A stretch of DNA of 63,039 nt, the filler included, from Octopus bimaculoides (lineage: Eukaryota), in the NCBI RefSeq assembly GCF_001194135.2. It is 5 parts of 5 records of this genome, joined end to end, with 100 filler letters (N's around TTAATTAATTAA, not from the genome) between each part and the next. Parts side by side here need not be neighbours in the genome. Positions count along the whole stretch, not along the records: positions 31,410 to 56,617 come from NC_068981.1; positions 56,718 to 60,711 come from NC_069004.1; positions 60,812 to 63,039 come from NW_026326990.1; 2 more parts are not named here. One strand, written 5' to 3'. Below are positions 52,069 to 63,039 of this stretch, piece after piece. Positions within the stretch are counted from its first letter, which is position 1. The number at the start of each line of letters is the position of its first letter. Below the pieces are notes generated by a model, which searched no databases, had not been told where the DNA came from, and worked only from the letters and a program-made list of their open reading frames with translations. The translations under genes and the position numbers were made by a program.

Positions 52069-52590
52069 ATGTCACATACAAATGAAGCCTTGAAACTTTT
52101 CGAATTTCAAAGAGGCTGTGCTGTGGCTCAATCTGTATGTGGACTTAGTAAGCGTAAAATCGCTGAAAACCTTGGTATTCCGCTTTCTACAATTAATAGG
52201 GTGATTGTGCAATTCGCCAGAGAGTGGAAGGTGTCCTCATCACCTCAACAAGGTTGACCAGAGCCCTATGCAGAACTCATTGCTTTGTTAAGGGGATAAT
52301 CCTCATTGCAATGCCTTTGAATATAGCAGAACAAGTTGATGCCAGTCCCATAGCAGCTGTCACGTACCACCAGAAACTTGGCTACTATGGCTGACTAGCT
52401 AAAAGGAAGCCACTTCTTCGACCAGCCAATATGAAGCATAGAATAGGTTGGGTCAGTGAGATAGTGGAATGGCCACTTGCATTTTGGGAAACTGACATAT
52501 TCACTGATGATTCCAGATTTGACAGTGGTTGAGTGTGGGTCTGGAGACTCTGTGATCAAGAATTTGAATTCAAAAAATTGCTGCCAATAA
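52069..52590 (+). mobile_element. Second Tc1-family transposase relic (HTH to first catalytic Asp)
   Basis: FEFQRG...GLSKRKIAENLGIPLSTINRVI...LGYYG*LAKRKPLL...W...IFTDDSRF...VWVWR. Confidence 0.85.
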
Positions 52591-53479
52591 TGAAAGTAGC
52601 ATTATTTCAGAAAACGGTTTTATCGTCTTTATATACATAAATATATAGTCACTCCGTCACTATATTCACTGCGGTGACATTTCTGTACAGATGGCACATG
52701 TTGTTGGAAGGACAAATTAATTATTTGAGTATATACGTGTATATATATATATATNNNNNNNNNNNNNNNNNNNNNNNNNNNNNNNNNNNNNNNNNNNNNN
52801 NNNNNNNNNNNNNNNNNNNNNNNNNNNNNNNNNNNNNNNNNNNNNNNNNNNNNNNNNNNNNNNNNNNNNNNNNNNNNNNNNNNNNNNNNNNNNNNNNNNN
52901 NNNNNNNNNNNNNNNNNNNNNNNNNNNNNNNNNNNNNNNNNNNNNNNNNNNNNNNNNNNNNNNNNNNNNNNNNNNNNNNNNNNNNNNNNNNNNNNNNNNN
53001 NNNNNNNNNNNNNNNNNNNNNCACACACACACACACACACACATACGCATACGTATGTATAATGAACCAAAATAAACATATCGTAAAGAAAATATAAAAA
53101 AACCTGTTGCTGCAACAAAAGTAAGAAAATGAAAGACTTAGCTCTTTACCTGTGAGGTGGTCACTGCCAAATGGCTGTTCGTAATCTATAAGTTGTAGTC
53201 CATAAAGTTTCTGTATAGTAACGTTGTACACATTAATACGCAATAAGTCAACCTACCAACACACTGTAAAACAAAGGCATTAGTTTGAATACTAATTATA
53301 TCCAGTCATTTCGTAGGTCCATATTTCAGACAATGTTGCAGTATTGTGAAACTATATTAGTGAAACAAACTTTTAGTTTCAGTTCCAAATAAAATAAAAC
53401 ATATTATCGACATGTATTGAGCACTTCTGACTCATTCGGCCGACATAAAAACCAACGTACGAATATATTTGAACTAATC

Positions 53480-53513
<34 letters not shown>

Positions 53514-54068
53514 TGTATGTAAATAGGAATGTTTGTAAATATATGTCGTATTCTATATAAGCAATATTATATTCCCCTCTTATTATATTCATGAAAAACT
53601 GCATCGCCTGCTATAAATTATCATGTAAAATACAATATCTATTGTAATAATCACACATATCTGACTCATTAAAACTATGGTGCGAGTTGCAGACAGAAAA
53701 CATTTAATACAAATACTTTCAAATAAACGCATGCAAATAAAAAGAAGTATTAACAGATATAACATTTAATTCGAAATACAAAGAGAAAGGAAACAATTTA
53801 TCGATTTTGACATTATCGGTGGTGATTTAACAGGCTACATCGAATTGAGTATATTAAGCAACTCTGAACAATGGTTCTTGTTATTCAGAAAATATATAAA
53901 TAAATTTAATATGTGTAATAGAATTAATTATGTACATAGATAACCCCACAAACCCGTATGTAAATATGCAAAGGCGAATACACATAAGCACAAATGTACA
54001 AATATATATGTATACACACAATAGACATACATAAGTGATATCAGTATGTATGTGTATCTATCTATGCA

Positions 54069-54107
<39 letters not shown>

Positions 54108-54299
54108 TTAAGTATTTCTGTACATTTATATTTATATATATATATATGTGTGTATGTGTGTGTGTGTGTGTGTATGTATGTGTGTGTGGGGGGTGCACTT
54201 TGATTTCGATGGTAAATTGTCACCATTGTATATCTTTAATTTTGTGCATGTGCATTATTTTTTTGTGCAGTCTAGTACGCAGTAGATGAGGATCAGTTG

Positions 54300-55480
54300 G
54301 GTACCGTCTGTCAGAAATAACACTGCCATGACGCAATTCTTCACTGTGCCAGAAATTTGGAAACGGCATCTGCACTGCTTCGCATTCGCACCAAAAGCTC
54401 TAATACGTGTTTGGATGTCAATCTGAGGACAGTGTGGAGGACTCGTAAAGAGTTTGTTGAGTTTAATGGTGATTACCAAGGTAAAGCAGCTCGGAAAACT
54501 CACTCTTATCATTCTGCTAAGAAAAGACTCCCGAGTTTGTTGGTGCGATCCAAGCCATCATTGATAATGATCCCTCCAACTCAGTCAAGTTCATCACCAG
54601 GTCTATGGGAACGTCTTAGTTTATTACCAGGTAGGTAGTACATGATGACATTCAGCATTTCTGATACAAGATGCGAAAAGGTTCAATTTTTATCTCAAGC
54701 CATCAAGGAGAAGAGGAAAGACCGCGCTACGAAGCTTTTGAACAAACTCAAGAAACCCCTCCAACTGAACATAACTTGATTTTCCTCAGACGAAAAAAGT
54801 TCTGTCACGATCATATGGTGAACACACAGAATAACCCTTGGCTTGCCATGCCCCCAAAACATGTACCGAGAGTAATAAATATTGCCATGTCCCAAAACCT
54901 TGTACCGAGAGTGATAAATATCCACTCAACATCATGGTATTTGGAGTCATCACTAGTGGTGGCAGCGTTATGCCTCCATTCACCTTACTACACAGCATCA
55001 GACTCAACACCGAGGCCTACATCAGGTGCCTAGAGGAGACAGCGCAGGCCTGGGTCAAGAGTGTGGCTGCTGGCAGATATTTTGTCTGGCAACATGACTC
55101 TGCACAATGTCACACAAGAAGGAGAACCCAATCTTGGCTCTCAGATTTCTGCGACCTCATCATCCCTAACATCTGGTTACCTAACTTTTCCGGACTGCAA
55201 CACTCTTGAGACCAAAACAAAAAAAAAACTCCTTTTAACACCAAAGATGAACTGAAGGTAAAGATTGTAGCAGCATTTACCAACTTACTCTAGAAAAGCG
55301 TCTAGACTAGTTTCAGGTGATTCCGAAGTCGTCTGGAGGCCGTGGCGAGAATCCAATAAATTTGCTCTTTAGTATTTCAAGATATATTTATGTACTTTTG
55401 GTAAATATATCTGTTTCAATGAGATGTCAGTGTTATTCTTATAATTACGTAATGTATTCACTGCACCATGTCTCTCCCCT
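54300..55480 (+). mobile_element. maT/mori-type (DD37D-like) transposase pseudogene
   Basis: IQAIIDNDP...KMRKGQFLSQAIKEKRKDRA...FSSDEKKFC...NTQNN...IMVFGVITSGGSVMPPF...LNTEAYI.CLEE...WQHDSAQCHTRRRTQSWL. Contains an in-frame 39-bp duplication at 54845-54922. Confidence 0.88.
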
Positions 55481-55859
55481 CCCCCTCTCTCTCAGACATG
55501 TACATCCCATCCCCACCCCACACAAATATATATGCATACATATAGGTATAGATATGCGTATGATATATATGTGTATGTGGGTGTGTGTTTTGTCCCTGCA
55601 TGTGAAGAAGACAATGATTGTGTAACTCTCTGGAAGTACTTAATAGATTTGAAGAGTAAAAATATTATTATCCTCAGATTACAAAACCTTGAAGTACCTT
55701 ACAGACCTGAAAGAGTTACCCACTGCAAATAGCATTAGAATATCCCCAAATTCCTTTGTGATATCTACAGTGTATTTATATTTTCGCCATCTTAAATTCA
55801 TTGTTAGCTGTAAGAACAATGGAATTTAAAGAACATTAACCACCATTAAAAATGTGAAT

Positions 55860-56150
55860 GTGCATAGCTAAGTAGTTAGAGCGTAGAGCTTACGATCACG
55901 GAGTTGTGAGGTCGATTCCCGACCGGACTACCTGTTGTGTTCATGGACGATACAATTTGTTTGACGTTGCTCCAGTTCACTCAGCTGTAGAAATGTGTTG
56001 CGACGTCACTGGTGCCAAGCTGTATCGGCCTTTGTCTTTCCTTCGGATAACATCGGTCGCGTGGAGAGGAGAGGCGACTGCTGGACATTCCGCTCAAACT
56101 TGTACCCCGGATGGGAACCTCTTAGGTGTACCTATGGTCATTAGTGACCG
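55860..56150 (+). mobile_element. tRNA-headed SINE sharing the GTTGCTCCAGTTCACTCAGCTG body with family 3 but with a different 3' end
   Basis: A-box-like TAGCTAAGTAGTTAGAGC and B-box-like GGTCGATTCCC. Confidence 0.7.
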
Positions 56151-56717
56151 ATGAAGTCGAGAACGATAGTTAGTTAATGAACATTTTTGCATGCTCTTCA
56201 TATTTCGGTAAACTCAGTATTATGTGGTGACAGAATGATATAAAGTGTAGAATTACTTTTGTGGTAAAACATGTCCAGCTCTCCACTATGGTTTAATATC
56301 ATACCGAAGTAGAATTTCCCTCTCATCTTTACACGGTCGCTGCACTAGTATTGCGATGGGTTCTTTCTGTCCTTTAATTCTTTGAATATACCTATATATT
56401 TCCTCAATTGTGTTCTGTCTGGAGTTGAGAATGTCTAACATATTTCCCAAGAAACTCTACGCCTTCCTAACATTTGCATTAATAATGGCAAACACATGCA
56501 CGGCGTGCATATATTCGTGTGTGTGTGTGTTTGGCTGCGTGTGTGTGTATTTGTGCATACTGTATACATCTACAAATACTTATAGAAACACGTAAACCGA
56601 TATATAAATATATATATNNNNNNNNNNNNNNNNNNNNNNNNNNNNNNNNNNNNNNNNNNNNTTAATTAATTAANNNNNNNNNNNNNNNNNNNNNNNNNNN
56701 NNNNNNNNNNNNNNNNN

Positions 56718-56769
<52 letters not shown>

Positions 56770-58751
56770 ACATGTATGTGTGTGCATATATGTGTGTACA
56801 TGTATGTATGTATATATATATGTGCATATTTATATGTATAAATGTGTATGTGTCTGTTCATGCCTGTGTCTCTGTGTGTGCTTGTGTGCGTATGTGTGTG
56901 TGTATAACCTTGTTTGTTCCTATTTGTGTATGCGTATATACCCGCCAGTAACTGCGTGTCTCTGTGCAGACGAGTGTGAAAATGAAAATCCAGGTGACAA
57001 ATTTACGGGTCTCCATTTGCCAGCATAAAACCTCTATGTCACGGTGTTTCCGCCTATTTATTTGCTTAATTTTAACCTCTTTAATCAATTTGTCAACCCC
57101 TTTTAGTTCAACAAATACATTTATAAACTGTCATATATTATTAACATCTTTATTCCACTCTGCTATCTCCACTGTTTATGTCCTCTTGTACTCTATAAAT
57201 CACCCACACCATCGTCTTGCCCAGAGATATTTCATCTCAGACGTCTGCCGTTATTTATCTCCCTTTCAACAACCTCTCTACTCCCAACATACTTTCTCCA
57301 ACTTATCTAATACTGAATCATCTGTTTGGCACTGTCTATCTTCTAAGAATGTCTAACTTGGCTCCTAAACTTAGTTACTTCGTTTTTCCTTCACTCCTTT
57401 CATTAAATACCTTTCGCATAAACATAAAATTTTCCAACCATTATTTTTTTCTCTGCTCGTTAAATATTATTAATTTTAAACACCAGTACATCCTTTTTTC
57501 CCCTAACATATTACATACATTACAAGCCCGTTTTAATGTTTCGCCTCTTCAATCTTTAATAGAATTTAGATCATCTTTGCTTCCAAGTTCCATTTATTAT
57601 CGTCAGTTTAAGCATTTATTTTTTATTCAACAATATTCTATTCTTGCATTCTGTGAGATGAATCGTTTCTATGTCAAGCGTTCATCAGGAATTCTTTTTT
57701 TCTAAACTGCCTCATGTCTCTTAACCCTAATATCTAATTAATGCTAAACAGCCATAAATATTAATTAAGCTAGTCCTCTCAACTAAATTGTTTGTTCTTG
57801 TGCTTTCACTCCCCAGCTTCACTGAGTTTTTTTCCACTTTCTTTCCTTTTAAATTATTTCATTGACCCAAGGAAAATTATAAATTATTTTTTTCATTAAA
57901 TCTGAGAAGATCAAAATGATCGAAACAGCTTTATCAAACTGTAAACTAATATCATGTTTATGTATGTGCACGTATACATGAAGACATATATATATATATA
58001 TATANNNNNNNNNNNNNNNNNNNNNNNNNNNNNNNNNNNNNNNNNNNNNNNNNNNNNNNNNNNNNNNNNNNNNNNNNNNNNNNNNNNNNNNNNNNNNNNN
58101 NNNNNNNNNNNNNNNNNNNNNNNNNNNNNNNNNNNNNNNNNNNNNNNNNNNNNNNNNNNNNNNNNNNNNNNNNNNNNNNNNNNNNNNNNNNNNNNNNNNN
58201 NNNNNNNNNNNNNNNNNNNNNNNNNNNNNNNNNNNNNNNNNNNNNNNNNNNNNNNNNNNNNNNNNNNNNNNNNNNNNNNNNNNNNNNNNNNNNNNNNNNN
58301 NNNNNNNNNNNNNNNNNNNNNNNNNNNNNNNNNNNNNNNNNNNNNNNNNNNNNNNNNNNNNNNNNNNNNNNNNNNNNNNNNNNNNNNNNNNNNNNNNNNN
58401 NNNNNNNNNNNNNNNNNNNNNNNNNNNNNNNNNNNNNNNNNNNNNNNNNNNNNNNNNNNNNNNNNNNNNNNNNNNNNNNNNNNNNNNNNNNNNNNNNNNN
58501 NNNNNNNNNNNNNNNNNNNNNNNNNNNNNNNNNNNNNNNNNNNNNNNNNNNNNNNNNNNNNNNNNNNNNNNNNNNNNNNNNNNNNNNNNNNNNNNNNNNN
58601 NNNNNNNNNNNNNNNNNNNNNNNNNNNNNNNNNNNNNNNNNNNNNNNNNNNNNNNNNNNNNNNNNNNNNNNNNNNNNNNNNNNNNNNNNNNNNNNNNNNN
58701 NNNNNNNNNNNNNNNNNNNNNNNNNNNNNNNNNNNNNNNNNNNNNNNNNNN

Positions 58752-58796
<45 letters not shown>

Positions 58797-59146
58797 TGAC
58801 AGTATTTATATGTGCACACATGTACGAATATATATATATCTATGTGGGTTATACATGTTATATGTATACATGTGTATGTGTGTATATGCACGTGCACACA
58901 GACACTCACACACACAAACGCACACACACAAACGCACGCACACACACACACACACACACACGTACACTACCTAGTCACAGACACAAACGTGACGGGTGCA
59001 TACGTTGTCATTGAGATTGCTGTGACTTAGCGTAAACTGTAATATTTTAACATGTCTCCGTCTGATCAGGACAAAACAGTTTGTGTCGTGAGCTTTTGTT
59101 TTTTAGCAAATGCATAACACCTCTCTGTCTCCCTCTCTTTACCTCA

Positions 59147-59200
<54 letters not shown>

Positions 59201-60095
59201 TTGTCTCTCTTTCTCATCCTTTCTCTCTCTCCTCCCCCTCTCTTTCCTTCTCTCTCTTTTGTGACCGTCAAACATCACTGAGATTTAAGATCCAGCTATC
59301 NNNNNNNNNNNNNNNNNNNNNNNNNNNNNNNNNNNNNNNNNNNNNNNNNNNNNNNNNNNNNNNNNNNNNNNNNNNNNNNNNNNNNNNNNNNNNNNNNNNN
59401 NNNNNNNNNNNNNNNNNNNNNNNNNNNNNNNNNNNNNNNNNNNNNNNNNNNNNNNNNNNNNNNNNNNNNNNNNNNNNNNNNNNNNNNNNNNNNNNNNNNN
59501 NNNNNNNNNNNNNNNNNNNNNNNNNNNNNNNNNNNNNNNNNNNNNNNNNNNNNNNNNNNNNNNNNNNNNNNNNNNNNNNNNNNNNNNNNNNNNNNNNNNN
59601 NNNNNNNNNNNNNNNNNNNNNNNNNNNNNNNNNNNNNNNNNNNNNNNNNNNNNNNNNNNNNNNNNNNNNNNNNNNNNNNNNNNNNNNNNNNNNNNNNNNN
59701 NNNNNNNNNNNNNNNNNNNNNNNNNNNNNNNNNNNNNNNNNNNNNNNNNNNNNNNNNNNNNNNNNNNNNNNNNNNNNNNNNNNNNNNNNNNNNNNNNNNN
59801 NNNNNNNNNNNNNNNNNNNNNNNNNNNNNNNNNNNNNNNNNNNNNNNNNNNNNNNNNNNNNNNNNNNNNNNNNNNNNNNNNNNNNNNNNNNNNNNNNNNN
59901 NNNNNNNNTTATCGTGCCCCAGCATGCATCTCTACATGTTACCGTTATTTATTTGGCTGACAATGTCTTTGAATCGAGCAGTCCCGATTTTCCCCTTTGT
60001 CTTTCTCTCTCACACTCCCTCTTTGACTCTCTCTCTCTCTCTTTATCTCTCTCTCTCTCTATCTCTCTCTCTCTCTCTCTCCCCCTCTCTCTCTT

Positions 60096-60127
<32 letters not shown>

Positions 60128-60929
60128 TCTCTCCCTCTCTCTCTTTCTATTTCCATGTCTAGACGTCTATGACTGTATTTCTGTACGACAGTTATTCAAT
60201 CTGTCTGTCCACCTGCCTGCCTGTCCGTCTGTATCTTTGCATATATTTTGTGTCAGCTGGGTTTTTATGTTTGTATGTCTGTCTGCCTGTATGCTTGTAC
60301 GCCTGTGTCCTTGTGTGTGTTTTATGTATGTCTGTGTGCCTGTATCTTTATGTTGTGTGTGTTTTTGTCAGCCGCCATTCGGCTCTGCGTCTGTCTCCGT
60401 ATCTGTCGTCTGCCTATCTGTCTGTCTGTCTGTATGTATGTATGCATGCATGCAAGTATGTATGTATGTATGTATGTATGTATGTATTATGTATGTATGT
60501 CATTGTTCAATTTTATTTCAAGATTCCTAGCCAATAGAGAAAGAGCCGGTTTCTAACCTAGATCCAAGGCTCCTTCATTAGAATGTCAACATCAACAACA
60601 GGGTGTTTTTGTATGTATGTATAAGCACAGATTTATATGTTTTGTTTTATGTATGTCTTCTTATGCATATACTTGCATGTCTAGACATGCTCATATATAT
60701 ATATATATATANNNNNNNNNNNNNNNNNNNNNNNNNNNNNNNNNNNNNNNNNNNNTTAATTAATTAANNNNNNNNNNNNNNNNNNNNNNNNNNNNNNNNN
60801 NNNNNNNNNNNATGGCGTGTTTTCGACAGATTCTGTCTGCCAAATAATTAATTAGCATTGCATTGATCAGTTAATTGCTATGCAATGGGACGAGACTCGA
60901 GAGTATGAATCGGTGTTATAAGGGGTGGC

Positions 60930-61180
60930 TAGAAAAACAGTTTGGGTGGCTAGTTTGAAAGTTCGGGTAGCTGGATAGCTTGTTCGGGTAGGTAGATAGA
61001 TTATCCGGGATCTAGGCGGACACAATGTTCGGCTAACGTGAGAGATTGTTCTGGGTGGTTAGGTTGATAGGATTGACTATTCGGGTGGGTAGAAAAATTG
61101 ATCGGGGAAGGGGAGCGAGATCGATTGTTTTTGTGGCTAGATAGACAGTTCGGGGTGGCTGGTATTTTCGGGTTGCTGAA
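60930..61180 (+). repeat. Degenerate G-rich minisatellite (TTCGGGTRGCTAG-like unit)
   Basis: Recurrent GGGTGGCTAG/CGGGTAG words; related words recur at 62150-62340 and 62750-63039. Confidence 0.6.
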
Positions 61181-61580
61181 AGAATGTCGCTTCTGCTGCT
61201 GCTGCTGTTATTGTTGCTTAGCCTTAGCTCAGCTCTGACTAAGCAATACTATGATAAAAGACCTTCCATCCGTAACCATCCCATTCTTATCACTATTATA
61301 GCATCTCTAGGACTGATTACATACATTATTCAATATGTATTTCGGATCTATTTTAAAACGGGGGCGCCAGTTTTCATTTATGTTTTATGTAGTGTTTTTG
61401 GTACGGAAAGACTTTCAAACTTCGTATACTTATCTATTTTGTGTTATAGAACAGACAAATATTTTTGTATTCGAATTTATTTCATGTAAAAAATTGTCTT
61501 ATTTCGATAATTTCTACTAATCACTGACGTCTATTCAGTTGAAAACAGTTAGCGCTGTAACGGTGTATATCGTATTAATC

Positions 61581-61640
61581 CCCTAACCCTAACTAGACTG
61601 TTAACCGTAACCGTAACCCTAACTCTAGAATCCGAACTCT
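61581..61640 (+). repeat. Degenerate telomere-like (TAACCC)n tract
   Basis: CCCTAACCCTAAC...TTAACCGTAACCGTAACCCTAACTCT. Confidence 0.7.
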
Positions 61641-62334
61641 AAAATTGTTACACACATAGATACGCACAGCGTAATTTATNNNNNNNNNNNNNNNNNNNNN
61701 NNNNNNNNNNNNNNNNNNNNNNNNNNNNNNNNNNNNNNNNNNNNNNNNNNNNNNNNNNNNNNNNNNNNNNNNNNNNNNNNNNNNNNNNNNNNNNNNNNNN
61801 NNNNNNNNNNNNNNNNNNNNNNNNNNNNNNNNNNNNNNNNNNNNNNNNNNNNNNNNNNNNNNNNNNNNNNNNNNNNNNNNNNNNNNNNNNNNNNNNNNNN
61901 NNNNNNNNNNNNNNNNNNNNNNNNNNNNNNNNNNNNNNNNNNNNNNNNNNNNNNNNNNNNNNNNNNNNNNNNNNNNNNNNNNNNNNNNNNNNNNNNNNNN
62001 NNNNNNNNNNNNNNNNNNNNNNNNNNNNNNNNNNNNNNNNNNNNNNNNNNNNNNNNNNNNGCCCCCGTTTTGAAATAGATACTGTATTTCAATTTCTAAG
62101 AAAGTATGTTGATTTTTCAGCGGGTTTTTGACTGTTGTTTCTAGCAAGACGAACGACTTACCCGGCGACCTTCTTCATTGGCTCAAATTTCTGACGGGTA
62201 GATTCTAAAAAACGGTTGGTAGACGTGAATTTCAAGTAAGTATGGGGGTGGAAGGGTAGATTGAGTAGGACGGGGACCGCCTGGCAGGTTGGCTGCTCGC
62301 TCGGGGTATGCAAAGTAGACGGGTAGAAAGTGTT

Positions 62335-62735
62335 GTAGGTGTGGCTGTGTGGTAAGAAGCTTGCTTCCCAACCACACGGTTCCGGGTTCAATTCCACTAC
62401 GTGGCACCTTGGGCAAATGTCTTCTACTGTAACCTTAGACCGACCAATGTCTTGTGAGTGAATTTGCTGGACGTCGTGTATATATATGCGTGTGTGTGTA
62501 TGTATATATATATGTGAATATATTTATATTTGTGTGTATTTGTGTCTGTGTTTGTCCCCCACCGCACCATCGCTTGACAACCGATGTTAGTGTGTTTACG
62601 TCACCGTAACTTAGCGGTTCGGCAATATGACCCGTTGGAATAAGTACCAGGTTTACAGAGAAAAAAACCCCTTTAAGGTGGTGCCCCAGCATGGCCGCAG
62701 TCTAATGACTGAAACAAGTGTAAAATAAAGGATAA
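62335..62735 (+). mobile_element. SINE family 1, near full length
   Basis: GTGGCTGTGTGGTAAGAAGCTTGCTTCCCAACCAC head through the CAGTCTAATGACTGAAAC tail. Confidence 0.88.
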
Positions 62736-63039
62736 AAAAAAAAGATTAGCGGGTAGTGTATACGTGCTTGGAATGCGGGGTAGATTTGCGAAGAGGGTGG
62801 AATCTTGTGTCATTTCGGGTAGCTAGAATGTTTCGAAGGCATTTTTTTTGTCGAGTAACGCTTAGGATGAGTGGTATTTTAAACGTAACATTTTTAGCAA
62901 CCGTGTAATAAGGGTGTTTTCGGGTAGATGCAAGAGAGAGGGTACGTTCTTTGTGAAGTAGGTTATTGGTTTAAATTTTCTTTTTTTTCTTTTTTATTCA
63001 TTGTTCATTTATATTTTGTTTTAGCTGGAAGGGTAGATA

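Noticed and set aside
56969-57028. DECENENPG... after a CAG, resembling the start of an EGF exon
   Set aside because: Only one Cys, then a stop, and no donor.
34374-62147. ORFs of 100-470 aa composed largely of X
   Set aside because: They run through N gaps; not evidence of coding.
1-63039. CRISPR-like recurring short repeats (e.g. GGTCGAT...AAGTACCAG)
   Set aside because: These are dispersed SINE bodies, irregularly spaced and on both strands, with no cas genes.

Overview
AT-rich, gap-ridden, microsatellite-dense metazoan genomic DNA. The SINE families, simple-repeat style and TTAGGG-like tracts suggest a cephalopod, probably Octopus; this is an inference. One protein-coding gene could be built by hand on the + strand. 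It has a signal-peptide exon (CDS 5100-5169) followed by six phase-1/phase-1 EGF exons (8755-8910, 10592-10717, 11657-11782, 12940-13095, 14997-15119, 17514-17639). These form a tandemly duplicated three-exon A-B-C module giving at least 294 aa; the 3' end is unresolved, with a candidate exon at 20202. The rest is mobile DNA: three tRNA-SINE families, two CR1-type LINE pieces, RTE, RLE-type and Penelope-like fragments, Tc1, mariner and maT/DD37D transposase relics, foldback elements and a tRNA-Arg(ACG) pseudogene. Three observations stand out. (1) An inverted pair of type I hammerhead-ribozyme motifs lies inside intron 3 of the EGF gene; each copy carries a different inactivating change. (2) Duplicated EGF exons A and B are far more diverged, even at synonymous sites, than the neighbouring duplicated intron. 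(3) A 3' stem-loop with compensatory changes is shared by the CR1-type LINE and the dominant SINE. No CRISPR or prokaryotic features were seen. Roughly 10 kb is N gaps, so further exons may be hidden. All counts are by hand.
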